Shown: piece after piece, positions 25,181 to 39,795 of the stretch
Layout of the letters: every line of letters begins with the position of its first letter
Numbering within the stretch: position 1 is the first letter of the stretch
Assembly: GCF_009914755.1 (NCBI RefSeq)
Contig: NC_060925.1
Origin: the human T2T-CHM13v2.0 reference genome, Homo sapiens
Direction: 5' to 3' (one strand)
DNA: 64,000 nucleotides
Position numbers and translations under genes: made by a program
Notes under the pieces: generated by a model
Database searches by the model: none
Seen by the model: the letters and a program-made list of their open reading frames with translations, nothing else
Told to the model about the DNA's origin: nothing

Positions 25181-26133
25181 TATGGAAACTTCCACCCTGA
25201 GTGTGGCTGCTCACTGACATGCACTTTCTATTATGCTCTTATGCAGACATGAACTTTGTCTTTATTCAACAATTCATTTCTTCATTCATTCATTAATCAG
25301 TCCATGTACCACCCCAAAGACAGAAGTGCTTTAGCAATAAAGTAGTTTTGATTAAGGTATGTGCATTCTGCCATATGTCAGACACTGAGATAAACAGAAA
25401 TAACCCTGGCTTTCTGGAGTAACAGAGGCACCTTATTTACCATCCTGAAGCAAACTTAGGCTTCCTCCCTGGCTTTCCATCCCCTCCAGCACTACCTCCA
25501 CTCCTACTTGGGCCAATCACCACCGCTGGGCTTACAAAGAAGTGTTGAGGTGCCCACAAATCTCACACTGCAAGGCCCTAAGGCTGTGGGGTGGCCCTAG
25601 AAGAGGAGGCATCCCTTCCAAGGAAGAAATCTTACCTGTGAGCTTGAACACTGTTTTGTACTACTACTTATCCCTCCTCCTGATGTCATCATGCCAGGGA
25701 CACTCTGGACCAGATCATGGAATAAGGAGCTCCCTTGAGAGCAAAAGACCATGTGCCCAGCTTCCAGAAATGGATTCTGCAATCTTAACTTAATCTCCAG
25801 AAGAAAAGCAAGTTCCGGGAGACTGGAAAAGCCTTAGTGTCTTAACATTTGAGGGCTGTCTGTAGGGAAGGGTTCAAAGGCAATCCTTGTGGATTAGGGA
25901 GAGACAGAAAACTAGTACAGGCATACCTTGTTTTATTGTGCTTCATGCTGTTGCACTTCACAGATATTCAGGTTATTTAAAATATATATAAATTGAAGGT
26001 TTGTGGCAACCCTGTGTTGAACACGTCTATCAGCACCATATTTTCAACATCATGTGCTCATTACATGTCTCTGCATCACACTTTGGTAATTTTTGAGAAT
26101 ATTTGAAAAATATTTCAAATGCCCCCTCTTCCA

Positions 26134-26418
26134 CTTTTTTTTGAGACAGGGTCTTGCTCTGTCACCCAGACTGGAGTACAGTGGTGCAATCTTGGCTCAC
26201 TGCAGCCTCACCCTCTGGGCTCAAGCGATCCTCTCACCTCACCCTCTCAAGTATTTGGGACTACAGGCACACACCACTGCACCCAGCTAATTTTTTTGTA
26301 GAGATCTGGTTTCACTATGTTGCCCAGGCTGGTCTCGAACTCCTGACCTCAAGCAATCTGCCTGCCTCGGCCCCCCCAAAGTACTGGTATAATAGGAGTG
26401 AGCCACTGCACCCAGCCC
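26134..26418 (-). mobile_element. AluJ inside Tigger1
   Basis: gagacagggtcttgctctgtcaccc...gggctcaagcgatcctc...gagccactgcacccagcc. Confidence 0.95.
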
Positions 26419-27786
26419 AAACATCTTTATTATTATTATATCTGTTATAGTGATCTGCAATCAGTGATCTTTGATATTATTTTTATTGTTTTGGGGGGAC
26501 AACAAACAGCATTCAATAAGACAGGGACTTAATAAATGTTGTGTGTTCTGACTTCTCTGCCAAATGGTTGTTCCACCATCTCTCTCCTCCTTCTCAAGCC
26601 TCTTTATTTTCTGAGACAGAATATTAAAATTAGGCCAATTAATTACTCCACAGCAGCCACTAAATGTTCAAGTGAAAGGAAGAGTTGCACATCTTTTACT
26701 TTAAATCTAAAGCTAGACATAGTTAAGCTTAGTGAGGAAGGCATGTCAAAACCCAAGATAGGCTGAAAGCTAGACCTCTTGCACCATTTAGCCAAGTTGT
26801 GAATACAAAAGAAAATTTCTTAAAGGAAATTAAAAGTACTACTCCAGTGAACACAGGGATGATAAGAAAGCAAAATGGCGTGATTGCTGAGATGGAGAAA
26901 GTTTGAGTGGTCCAGATAGAAGATCAGACAAGCCACAACATTCCCTTAAGCCAAAGCCTAATCCAGAGCAAAGCTCTAATGCTCTTCAATTCGATGAAGA
27001 CTGGAGAGGTGAGGAAATGGCAAAGAAAAGTTAAAAGCGAGTAGAGGTTGGTTCATGAGATTTCAGGAAAGGAGCTGTCTCCATAATATAAAAATTCAAG
27101 GTGGAGCAGCAAGTGTTGATGTGGAAGCTGCAGCAAGATCTTAGCAGAAGATCTAGCTAGGATAAATGATGAAGGGGGCTGCAATAAACAGCAGATTTTC
27201 AGTAAAGACAAACTCGCCTTCTATTGGAAGAAGATGACAACCAGGACTTTCATAGCTGGAGAGAAGTCCATACCTGGCTTCAAAGCTTCAAAGGACGGGC
27301 TGACTCTCTTGTTTCAGGCTAATGCATCTGGTGACTTTAAGTTGAAATCAATGCCCATTGACCATTCTGAAAATCATAGGGCCCTTAAGAATGATGCTAA
27401 ATATACTCTGCTTGTGCTCTATCAATGGAGCTACAGAGCCTGGATGACAGCACATCTGTTTTCAGCATGGTTAACTCAATATTTTGAGCCCACTGTTGAG
27501 ACCTACTTTTTAGAATAAAATATTTTTAATACTGCTCATTGACAATGCACCTGGCCACCCAAGAACTCTGATGGAGATGTACAAGGAGATGAATGTTGTT
27601 TCATGTTTGATAACACAACATCCATTCTGCCCATGAATCAAAGAGCAATTTAGACTTTCAAGTCTTATTATTTAAGAAAAACATTTTATAAGGCTATAAC
27701 TCCCATAGATAGTGATTCCTCTGATGGATCTTGACAAAGTAAACTGAAAATCCTCTGGAAAGAATTTATCATTCTAGGTGCCATTA

Positions 27787-28100
<314 letters not shown>

Positions 28101-28964
28101 ATGTGATTCATGATTCATGAAAGGAGGTCAAAATATCCACATTAACAGGGCTTTGGAAGAGATTGATTCCAAACTTCATGAATGACTTTGAGGAGTTCAG
28201 GACCTCAGTGGAGGAAGTAACAGCAGATGTGAAAATAGCAAGATAACTAGAATTAGAAGTGGAGCCTGAAGATGGGACTGAATTGCTGCAATCTCGTGGT
28301 AAAACTTGAATGAATAAGGAGTTGCTTTTTATGAATGAGCAAAGAAAGTGGCTTCTTGAGATGGAATCTACTCCTGGTGAAGATGCTGTGAACATTGTTG
28401 AGCTGACAACAAAAGATTTAGAATATTTGTTCTATAAACTTAGTTGATAAGGCAGTGTGGTAGGGCTTGAGAGGATTGACTCCAATTTTGACAGAAGCTC
28501 TACTGTGCATAAAATGCTATCAAACAGCATCACATGCTACAGAGACTCTTTTGTGAAAGGAAAGTCCATTGGTGCAGCGAACTTCACTGTTGTCTTATTT
28601 TAAGAAATTGTCATAGCCACCCCAGCCTTCAGCAACCACCACCCTGATCAGTCAGCAGCCATCAACATGGAGGCAAGACCCTTCACCAGCAAAAAGATTA
28701 TGACTTGCTGAAGACTCAGAGGATCATTAGCAGTTTTTTTTTTATCAGTAAAGTATTTTTGATTAAGTTATGAGCATTGTTCCTTAGCCATAATGCTATT
28801 GCACACTTAATAGACTACAGTATAGTATAAATACAACTTTTATATGCACTGGAAAATCAAAAAGTTCATGTGACTTGCTTTATTGTGATACTTGCTTCAT
28901 TGCAATGGTCTGGAACTGAACCTGCAATTTCTTCAACATATGCCTGTAATTCTTTATATATTTC

Positions 28965-29135
28965 TGTTTCATTTACTCATTATCTCATTCACTATGGGCC
29001 ACCCTAACCATGCATGGCCACGTGCCATTATTTCCATGTCACAGATGTGAAGACTGAGGCTGAGGGATTAAACAACTTGCTGAAGCTCACACAGCCAGTA
29101 AAAGGGCTTAAACCCTGTCTGGTAAGTGCACATCA
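28965..29135 (-). mobile_element. MIR
   Basis: acagatgtgaagactgaggc...aacttgctgaagctcacacagccagta. Confidence 0.7.
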
Positions 29136-31519
29136 CCTCTGTCCTCAGCCCCCAGTACTCAGTGGCCTGGCCTACTCTGTCCTGTCTTCTTCCCACAGAC
29201 CTGTCAGCCCAGCCTCCGCAGCTGTAGATCCTTACCCACCATGTGGGAGGCAATGGTCCTTAGGACCCAGGGATTTCCCCTAAGGTACTTTAGCTCTGTC
29301 AGTATTGTGAGTGGGCAAAATGCCAGTGATCAAGGCTCCATCTTCCCCTCCCATGTCCTCTAGCAAGCCCCCTCCTTCTCCCTCACCTAGCACAGAGCCA
29401 ATGCACTCCCAGTAAATTCAGTGTTTTTCCATTCCAGTGAGTGCAGCCTTTACTTTGATTTGGGTGCAAGCAGCTGCAGGTGCCTCAAGTCATCATGTGC
29501 TCTCTTTCCCCCTCGTTCCCTGCAATGTCATCCATGTTTACTTGCTGCTCTGGACTTTAGATTCTGTCAGCATGCCAGTCGGTGGGGCCGCCAGGCACCA
29601 CAGCTGACAGTCAAATCTGTGATGCCGAATCCTTCTTCTGGAAAAAAGGGCTAAAGAGGTTAATACACTCAAGTCAGGATAAACACACCAGCTGTTAGAG
29701 TTTCTAATATTTAATATCATTATCAAATAAATAACTCAGGAAGAAATCACACACATACATACACACACACCACAAACACCCACAGCCGCTGCTTCATTTA
29801 CAGTGGTTAAAAAAGAATATTCATAAATTATCTTAAAAGCCTCCACAATGGAGTAATGGTTGGGACACAATTAGGGAACATTTGCATATATGCTGCTGCC
29901 GGTCCCTGCCCAGAGACATCCTCCCCCAGGTCAGCCCTGGAGAGAGAAACTGGGGGAGCAGGAGGAAGGAATATGAGTTCACAACTATAGGCTTCCCTCT
30001 TGATCTGGTAAGATCTCAGCTCAGGCAAGCTTTGCTTCTGCTTTCAATGGCAGATTTCCCTCTGTTAAAAAAACATACCACACTTCTGTCTACCTACACA
30101 ATTCAAGATAAATTCGTTTTGTTTCAGGAAAATATGTATTCAGACAAACAACATTAGTAATCAGTTTTGTGGATAATGGATTATTTAACTGACCAGTAAA
30201 TAGTGTTTTGTTGTTGTTTACTCTTCAATCTACTTTGTGTGTAGATATTAGCCAGATCTTGTAGATCTAGCCTTCTGATTCCCTAAACACTAATACTAAG
30301 GCTGAGCAGGACAGAATTTTAACAGCCTGTTAACTGTGTCAGGAAAGTGTGAGTCTACTTTTTTTTTTTTTTTTTTTTGCCTCAGCTCACTGGCTGCTGT
30401 TCACCTGGGCTAAAGGAACAGAAAATGATGATCATCGCATTTGGGGGGAAAATGAACATGGGCTAATTTTTTTTTAAGGCTCCAACAAAATGTTTTCCAG
30501 GTCACAAAGCATGGAACAAAATGAGCTCCATATCTAGTTTATGTTGTATATTATAAGGGAAGCTGGTCTCGGTGACTCTGTTAAGGTTCCATGAGCATTT
30601 TTTGAGATAAAGCCTTCATTCCAAGGGGCCAGGGTTGAGCTATTTCCCTTCTCATCAAGCAAAAACCTGGCATCCCGTTTGTCTGTCCAGATGTATTTTT
30701 GTTTGGGTTTTTACGCTGTTTGATTGAGATCAAGTCATGAATTTCTGCTCTCTGGATGGGCAGAGGAATGACAATTTATGAAGTCTGAGGATGCATGTTG
30801 TTTAGCTCAAAAGCACAGCCAGATGAATTTTGGTGACAGGAAATGCTGCACTGCGTGGCCACAGCAGCCAATATCTGGGGCAATTTCTCTTTTACAGACT
30901 TTTGAAAATCAGAGCAGGAGGATATAGTTTTAATAATCTCTCATAACTGGGGCTGTAATGGGTGGGATGGATCAGATGGAAAGGATTCCAATAATTTAAA
31001 TAGGACTTTGTTCTATAAGACTTCCATCATAATTGTCCTGTTGACATTGTATCTGTGCAAAGGCTTACAGTGATGACTGCACTGTCCACACACTTTCCAT
31101 TTAATGCTAGGAATGGCGGACAGGCAAATGGCTTCTGCCTTTCAGTCTTTGAGCTTCCAAATGGCTCAGTGCCTCCTTTGCTCACTCAGACATCTTCTAG
31201 GTGCCCAGCCAGGTTCCTGGGTTCTTCAAACGAGTTTTTCAAGTGTGTAGAAAATATGCAGCCAGGTGGCAGGGATGAAGGCAAGAAGAATGAGTCTCTC
31301 CAGACCCCTGGGGACACCCAGTGGGTGAAAAGGTGTCTCAGAGCTGCTCAGTGGTGGGTTGAGGGTGTTATTAGAGGGATGGAACCATGTCTGAAGTTGG
31401 GGGTGTTGGCTGGAGTTTAGATCTTTGATTATTTTTCTATTCAGATATATCTAGATTTGATAAAGTGAGACGAAAATGATTGTTAGAGTCATGAGGATGA
31501 AAAAGAATGAAGAGCAAAA

Positions 31520-31620
31520 TGGTGGGTGGGAGAAAGGGAGAGGGAAAGGGGAGGAGGAAAAGAGGAGAAAAGGAAGAAAGAGGGAAAGGGAGAGAGAGGG
31601 AGGGAAGGAAGGAAGGATGA
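31520..31620. repeat. Polypurine (GA-rich) low-complexity tract
   Basis: ~90 nt almost exclusively G/A. Confidence 0.9.
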
Positions 31621-31689
31621 CGAAAACCAAACTCAGTTCTCAAAGTCAGAGGTGCGCTGTCTCGGGCAGGGACTCTGCCTTGCATAAGC

Positions 31690-31955
31690 AGTGCCCTCTG
31701 CCTAGCGTGCTTTTCACCCTTTTGCACATCAAAAGCTCCTCCTCATGTCTGAGTCACAGATCAAGCCTTCCTGACAACTCAGCACAGAGTTTAGTGCACC
31801 CCTCTCCCCTCTGCCTCATTTCCTTTCTGCACTACGCTGTTTCTCTTTGCCTTTCTGTCTTCCGGAGGAAGGGAAACACATCTTTACTTCACAGCTTCCC
31901 CCAGCATCCTGGGCCATTCTGGGTTCCCATAAATGTTGTTGAATGAATGAATGAA
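31690..31955 (+). mobile_element. L2 3' fragment
   Basis: aagccttcctgac... ending cataaatgttgttgaatgaatgaatgaa. Confidence 0.55.
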
Positions 31956-32318
31956 AATAAGAAAAGTGAACGATGACTAGAGATGCATCAAATACTAGTG
32001 TAAATCCAAGAACTCTCCTATAATAAAGAAATTTAATTTCAATTAGATGCATTTGTGATCATTTGCTAATAACAATAGAAATAAAAATGTTGTAAGAATA
32101 AGTCAAATATGTGGTGCAGATGGTCACTCTCAAGAGATTTCTTTCCATGCTAATAATAGATGTTTATAATGCCCTTTCTAAGAATAGAAAATACCTGTCA
32201 TTCATATTAAAATATAAAATTAATTGTATGCTATTAACAAGCTTATGAGCTGTGTGAGGACCTTTTTTGAACAAATACACACACAAGTATTTAAGATAAC
32301 CCAGGCTTAACTAAGTAG

Positions 32319-32668
<350 letters not shown>

Positions 32669-35600
32669 TTAAGGGTAATTTTTGCTTTTGTTTTCCCATC
32701 TCAGTGACGAAGCTGCCTCTGGGAGTTCTTTGTACTGACCAGGTCAGCCCAAAAAACAGGAACCAAACGACGAGAGTCCCTTCATTTCTATCAAACTTTC
32801 ACTTCCTTCCCCTCTTAGCACCTGACTTGATTCCCAGGAGACCCTTCCAAGATGAGGAAGGAACTGACTTTCCCTTTCCCTGATGGGAATACAGGAGTCC
32901 AGCGAGCTGATGGCACTTGCCCAAGGCAGGTGCTACAGAAGACCTAACTCATCCTCTAGTCTGCTGCTGCCAGGAAAAGGGTAACATGGACCCAAGGTCA
33001 ATTCCGAGCAGGAAGAGCTCTATTCATGGGACCTGGTCCTTGACTCTACCTTCCAGGATGTGAAAAGCTGTAAAAAGGGGATGCTGAGCAGCTTTTCTGA
33101 TTATCTTCAGGGTAATAAAGAAGAAAGGGAATTAAACAGAAGGATTAAAAATTAAACACCACAAAAAACTTCTGGTTGCTAGGATGGTTTTTAAAACTGG
33201 AATGAACGAGTAAGATTCTTAGCGAGTTGAACTCTGCCACAATGATTTTCTTCCATAGAATTACAAATGTCTTAGGCTCCTTAGTGCTGATTTGCACTTC
33301 TTAATTCCCAACTCCAGGCAGGTGATGGGCAAGCAGGCACAGGAGCCTTCACTCTGAATTCCCAGCATCCCAACAGTTTAAGCCCCATGCTTTATTTATG
33401 TGAATTTTATCTTCATGTAGACATTTTGCTCTCCTTGCTGGAGAAGGTGGTTTCCCCAAACTGCTGCGAATGTTCCTTCTCTGTATATTTTATTCATACG
33501 AATCCGTTATTGGCCCATCCCTTCCTGAAAGAGCTGAAATTTGCCCTTAAGGCATCAGATGGAGTAGTCAGATTGTCAAATGTGTCCCCTAATTGAAGTG
33601 AACATTGGCACAATATTTGTCGACTGGAAATAAACAGCCCCAGTGAAGTAGCAGGTTTATCACCTTCATGCACTTGTTCAGGTCTTGCTGAGAGTTGACG
33701 GAAACACGCAGAGAGAGAAGCTATTTCTCCAGGAAATGAAAACTTTGGCGGATCAGGGGAAAGGGATCTTTCTTAGACTTTGAATCTCCTAAAGCCAAGA
33801 ACAGTGGCCCAGGGCAGTCAGCAGGGCAGTCAGCAAGGTGAATTTCAGCACTCCTCTGCTGTCCTTTCTTCTCCTGCTCCCTTCAGGGGGCCTCTTCCTC
33901 CAGCACCCAAGGGCCCAGGATCAGCCTGCTTTCTCTCCTCCATCAGACCCTCTTTTAGGTTGTCCCTGCTATCAGAGTGTAAGGAACAAAAGATACAGGT
34001 GAGATGAAGTTCAGAAAGAGACTCAAATGACCTCCTCTGTCTCTTCCCAATGCCTCATGAATCCTACAACCTCAGAAGCTCTAGTTCTGTGATACCATTC
34101 CAGCTGGCATTGGCCTCAGTCCTCCTCTGCCACATGGATGCCTCTGACAGCTTTTCAGTGGACGCTCTTGGGGACAGGGAGTCAGGGAGTCAATGCAAAG
34201 CCTTGAAAAAGGCAACCCCAGGTGCAAGCTGGAGTGTTGGTTCCTCTCAAGGTCATATCCTGGAGCAAGCAAGTGGAAGGGACCAAGCCATGCCTGAAGC
34301 TGAAAACCCTGCCTCTTCAAGAAAGGTTCCAAAAAATTAGAAGGGCGAGTGTCTTTCTCCAGTCTTGGTCAAGTCAGGCTTGCCCCTCTCACCACTTTCT
34401 TACTCCTCAAGAGACCAGTCAGAAGCAGTCCATTTCCTTCCATGAAATCTCCCTATAGGGGGCAGGGGTGGGGTGTCTCTCTCACCATCCATTCTCCATG
34501 GCCTTTCCAGGATCTATTCCAGCAAGTTTTCAGGCTTCTGTGGCAGGCCTAGGCCACCAGCCCTTGGACACCCTCTCCACAGCCACCGAGGGAAGTGGTC
34601 ATCCTGGTGCACCAAGCTCCTTTCAGAGAGATGGTGGATCCCAACCCTGTTTAAGTCTGGATGCAGGAGCAGGCCTGAAAATACTGACAAACACCATAAA
34701 CTTCCTTGGCCTTCTTGGGCGGTGACTGTTTTTTCTCCACTCCCTTTCTGATTAGGGAGAAAAGATGTAGGGAGAGATGGAGACAGAACAATTCCATAGC
34801 GCCCCTAAGAAGGCATCTCTACTCCAATCCCTCTCCGGGGAAAAAGACAGGAATCTCATCTCTAAGTTCCCTTTAACTCACCCTCATAAAACAGGTTGTG
34901 ACCTCTCCCACCTCCAGTCAGGGCTAGGAGCTCCACTTGTTAGGGCATTGCCAGCTCTTCTCCCTCCTAGCACTTCCCTTAGATTTGAAACGGTCTGCTA
35001 ATGAGTCTGCCCAGGGCCATTGAATTAGATCCTCTTGAAGGCAAAGGTATTGCTTTCATGACTGCATCTCTGGCCCCCAGTACAGCTCTGTCATAGACTC
35101 ATAATATTTGTTGAACCGCAAAACTTCCCCCAACTCAATAGGCAAATAAACGTCAGGCACATAAGGCCACTCCTCCCTCTTTCCCAAGTCCTTACCCACT
35201 CTACCCTCGCCAGCCCCTCTCCCTACTACTCCCCTCCACCCTTCCACCAACCCACACCTGTAGCAGAATAAGTAACCCAAGTCAGCTGCACTAAGAAACT
35301 GGAAACCATTCCCTATCACCAACTTTTAGAAACACTATAAAAAAATTTTTATAATATCATTTTGTGGTTTTTATACTTTACTGTAAGTTATTTGTTCTTC
35401 ACATTAATTTAAACCAAGTGATGATGGGGGTAGGACACTGTAGAGTTTCTGTATTTTAAGCTTGATCTCTACCTGTGGATTGATGGTTTTGTTTTGTTTT
35501 TAGGAATTCTCAGCCTAAGTGGACAGATTAGGAAGCTTGGGGGAAGTATTTTGGAGGTGGGGATATTTTAAAATTCAATCCATAATGTTAGCAAGTAGAC

Positions 35601-36084
35601 AGCAACCTAGTAGGTTTAAGTGTTAGACCAGATCTGTAGCTAATAGTATCCAACTTCCCAACGTGTCTTTCTGGGGATGAAATGGCATTTGTAGAAGCCC
35701 AGCGTTTGACCAAGGCTTGTTTAACGTTTTATTGTAGTTTTTCTTTCCTCCCGAGTCTTAAAAACATGCAATTTTTCAGGGTCCCAGAAGAAGGCAAAAC
35801 TAAGAAAGTGGTGATGAAGTTGCTGGGACAGGAAGTCAGTTGCTCTTCTTGTATTTGGGTGAAATTAATCAGTAACTCTGTTGACTTGTCATCAAGAGCA
35901 CAAACCAGGCTGCCATCACATGGCACGTAAGACTTACCCATGCAACACTCCTTGAGGACTGGAGATGATGAGGGAACACAGGATTTTTCCAGTGTACACT
36001 CTTACAGAAAGGCTGGAAATGTGTAAAATTACCTTGTGACATAAGTTCCCACATAGGAAAACCTTCCAGTCTTTTTCCTGTTCT

Positions 36085-37470
36085 TCTCAATGACCTCCTG
36101 GTGGGCAGATGTACGTTTTCTAATTTTTAATTCTCCTTACTGTCTCTTTTGCAGCAGTTAATTTTACTGTTTCCTCATGCTTCAGAAGGATTTTTATTGA
36201 CATAGTTTCTATAGTAATTATGTGTCATTCTCATACCTCCCTGATTACTCCTGTTCCTACCTCTTATTCCTCTCCCTTTTCTCACCCCTAACTGGCTCTA
36301 TCTCATTATGCCGTTGGACCTCCCCTTTGCTTTCTTTTTGTCAAAGAATTCATTTCCTCCCATGGCTTTCTCTGTCACCTCCAAGGAGATGGCATTTTCT
36401 TTCAAAAATGGCCTCCCCTCGCCATTCAACCAGATTCAACCAGAACCCCGGTTTTTATATTTTAAATGCTTTTTTTTCCTTTCACCTTTTCATAGCTCCT
36501 CAGCTATCCAGTTCCATTGATCCTTGCTTTGTAAATGCTCCCAATTCTCTCTCCCTTTAGATTCCCACTCCTGTGATTCTAATCCAGGCCTTGTTACCTA
36601 ATGCCTCAGTTACTCTACATCTAATTTATTTCTCTGCCGCCTTTAGCTTTATGTATCACTTCCCGACTAAGCTTCCCAAAACATTACTTTCTTCAAGAAA
36701 CAACCCTGGTCAAAACCCTTCGCTATCTCTCCACTGGCTAATCCTGTCACTTAAGGCCTATCAAAATCTAGTCTGAATCCACTTTTCCCAGGGCATATGC
36801 CATTACCCCTGAAAGCAGGCTGGTGGTGTCTTCAGTATCTTTGACCTCATTATAGTATCCTCATTATCCCTTATTTTACATATGTATATATATATAGCCA
36901 CATTTCCTCCCCATCTTCTGCTGTCTTCTTGAAATACTCTTCCCCTCTTCTGACCTATGCAAATCCTACCAAGCCTGCAAACCCAGGTCAAGGTCAGTAC
37001 CTCAGTCTTCATGAAGACTCCTTTACCCATAGAACATGTGCACCCATTCAGCAGCTCTCTGTTCAATATCTCTCTCTGTCAGTCGCTGGCCTAGGCCCTG
37101 CGGGTACAGAGGTGAAGAGTCAGTCAAGGGCCCTGTTCTAAGGGAGCAGACATTGGGAAGGAGAGAGAAGACATATAATAACAAATAAACAAAGTAATGA
37201 CATACCTTCAGAAAACCATAAATGCTACTTAATTTCAGCAGCCCTCTTCATGGAAGAGAAACTCTGAGTCTCTGAGAAGGTAGATGCCTGGCCAGAGGCC
37301 ACGTGGTTAGTGAATGATGGTGCTGGGTCAGACATCATTGTCATCTGTGTTCTTCCCATTAACTACATTGGGAAACTTCTCAAGGTCAGGTCATCATTTG
37401 TCCTGGCACTTAGCACACTACTGGTCACGCCGCAAGCATTCACAGGTCACTTGCAGGAAAAATGAATAAA
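36085..37470. mobile_element. Cluster of old L2 fragments (both orientations) and a MIR
   Basis: Pyrimidine-rich sense L2 (caatgacctcc..; cctcttcatgaagact-like motif) to ~37030, antisense L2 end ~37040-37230, MIR ~37250-37370, L2 end ~37375-37470. Confidence 0.55.
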
Positions 37471-39002
37471 GGCAAGCAGATAGCAGGTAGGGAAAAGGGG
37501 TGTCCCTATTTGGTCATAGGCATGGCCTTACTTTTCCTTATTTGAGCCTACATATCTCATTAGTGCCGGGTATTTATCTATATCACTGAAACTACCAGAG
37601 TTTGGAGGTTAATAAAGATTCTGTTAGGGAGTACTGGCTTTTATTTTCCACAAAATTTCCCTTTCATGTGGCAAATTCTATCATTTGGACTGTGAGTATG
37701 ATCCAGCGGGGACTCAGTGTCCACCTGGCTTTACACTCCTGACGCTGACCAGTTAAAGAGCAAGATGTATTTCAGCAGGACCAAGACTGGAAAGAGTTAA
37801 GACAATCTGTTTAAAACAATCTGGGGCAGATAGCTCATCAAATGGATTCCTTTTAGTTTCCCCTACTCCTATGTCCACTATTTTTCAGGGAGAAAAAAAA
37901 ATAGAATGAGGAGAAAGGAAAAGGAAGGGAGAGAGGGAGGAAGGGGAATTTATCACAAGCGCCTATTTATAGAATCACAAGGTGAACAGGAAATTATCTT
38001 CAAGAAAAGGAGGTATAGAAATTGCATTTGAAAGATTCCTCCTTATATCCAAATGATAATTCCTGTTCCTTCACAGCAACTTTTAATGGACTCAATATTG
38101 GTGATTACGGTTTGGCTAACAAAACCTATAGAGAGGAATGGCACCCCCAACTCTGATCTCCCTTTAAATTATTTTCCATTTAGCATGAATCCTATAGCAT
38201 GGCATAAAACTTTATTGAATAGCTCATTTGAACAGAGAATACTTTTGAAAGAATATTAGTAAACTCTTTCAATGGAGTCAAAACACCAAAATGGAAAATT
38301 CAAGTTTTGAAGAGAGCCATTAAGTGTGATTAAACCTTTAAAAAGGAGAGAACAACGCCTGCAGAACTCTATTTAGCCATTTCATATCTTTAATTGTCCA
38401 AAGATTTACTTTAAAAGCACAGACATGAAAGGATGCTGAATGTTACAGTATTTAAAGGGGAGAGTGAAGATAAGCCCCGTTCACCAGCAAATGGAGCTCA
38501 GCCCAGAAGTAGGGACAACAAAAGCGGCAGGGACCTGCTTCCTTCTACAATATATAGACAGAGGGAAATAAAAAGGCAGCAATTCTTGACTTAGCTTTGA
38601 GGAGCACAATGGGCATGATTAGGGATCCAGAGTGGGAGTGCATTTAAGTAGCAGTAACATCCACCAGTTGGCTGGTAATTAGGATGAAAACTGAAGGGAA
38701 GGAAGCTAAGAGGAGGGAGATGGAGAAATGGGGGACAGGAATTTGGGGAAAGGGGTTTGAAAGGTCATTTTTGAAATTTAGTGGAGATGAAAATCACTTT
38801 GGGAGCTAATTTTATCATACTTTCCTAAACTCAAATGTTAGAGATTTTCATTCGATAGTATGGGAGGAGACCCAGGAATCTGTGCTTTTAAGATGCCTTC
38901 AAGGTAAGGCTGCTCTGATGGTCCTTTTGGACCAGTTTAGAGGATGTCTGGAGGAAGAAGGAAGGTACCAGAAATAGAAATCTGAAATAGAAACTCCACC
39001 TG

Positions 39003-39027
39003 GAGAGAGAGAGAGAGAGAGATGGAC

Positions 39028-39058
<31 letters not shown>
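39003..39058. repeat. Interrupted (GA)n microsatellite
   Basis: Two (GA)n runs separated by tggaca. Confidence 0.95.
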
Positions 39059-39659
39059 TTCCCAAATGACAAGGAGGCAGAATCTAATGGTCCTGCCTGT
39101 CCTCACTCTCAAATGCACAAGTCTATCCAGGGAGCTAAATTGAGGAATTCCATATAGTGTCAGCAAGAGGAGAAGTCCTTTTGGAAAAGGGCAGGAATGA
39201 AAGAAAGAAAAACAACCAATCAAGAAAAGGAGGAAGAAAAAGAAAATGACAGGCACTCAGCAGTGCACAATTCTGAGTGGAATAGCTTTGAACTGTCCCC
39301 AAATGAAAGCAATAATATGCTTTGTTATATATTGACAAGATTTAAAAAAAAATAAGTAAAATAGTCGTGCCAGCTGACCGGGTGTTGATAAAGTAGAATA
39401 GAAATATGTCAAATTGTGGACTGTTAGTTGTTAAGTGGTTCTGGAGAGTGTGAAAATCTGTGGCTTCCAGCACTGCTCTCTGTGGCCTTGCAGATGAGTC
39501 TCGAGGTCCAACACTGGGGAGCCAGGGCTACCAAGTGGGGAGGAGGTCACCAGCTACCACTGCTTGCCCGGCCACAACCAGAGCATCTCTGTTCTGGGTA
39601 AGATTCACTTTGAACACGGAAGTGCTGCTAAATGGGTTTTTTAAAATTCCTGATTCTGG

Positions 39660-39795
39660 CCATTTCCCCTCATTTTATAGATGAGAAAACCAAGGCCATG
39701 AGAAGCAAAGTGTCTTGCCCAAGGTCATGCAACATGTTTGCAGCAACTGGGACTCAAGCTTGGGACTCCTCCTTATTCTTGGTCCAGTGAGCATC
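39660..39795 (-). mobile_element. MIR
   Basis: cattttatagatgagaaaaccaaggcc...cttgcccaaggtcatgc. Confidence 0.75.

Noticed and set aside
26536-27518. Transposase-like ORFs suggesting a domesticated TIGD gene (also 46578-46898)
   Set aside because: Fragmented by stops, frameshifts and an Alu insertion; neutral Tigger1 decay.
31476-31946. 156-aa K/E/G/R-rich ORF (and 52134..52367)
   Set aside because: Arises from stop-poor polypurine tracts and L2 sequence.
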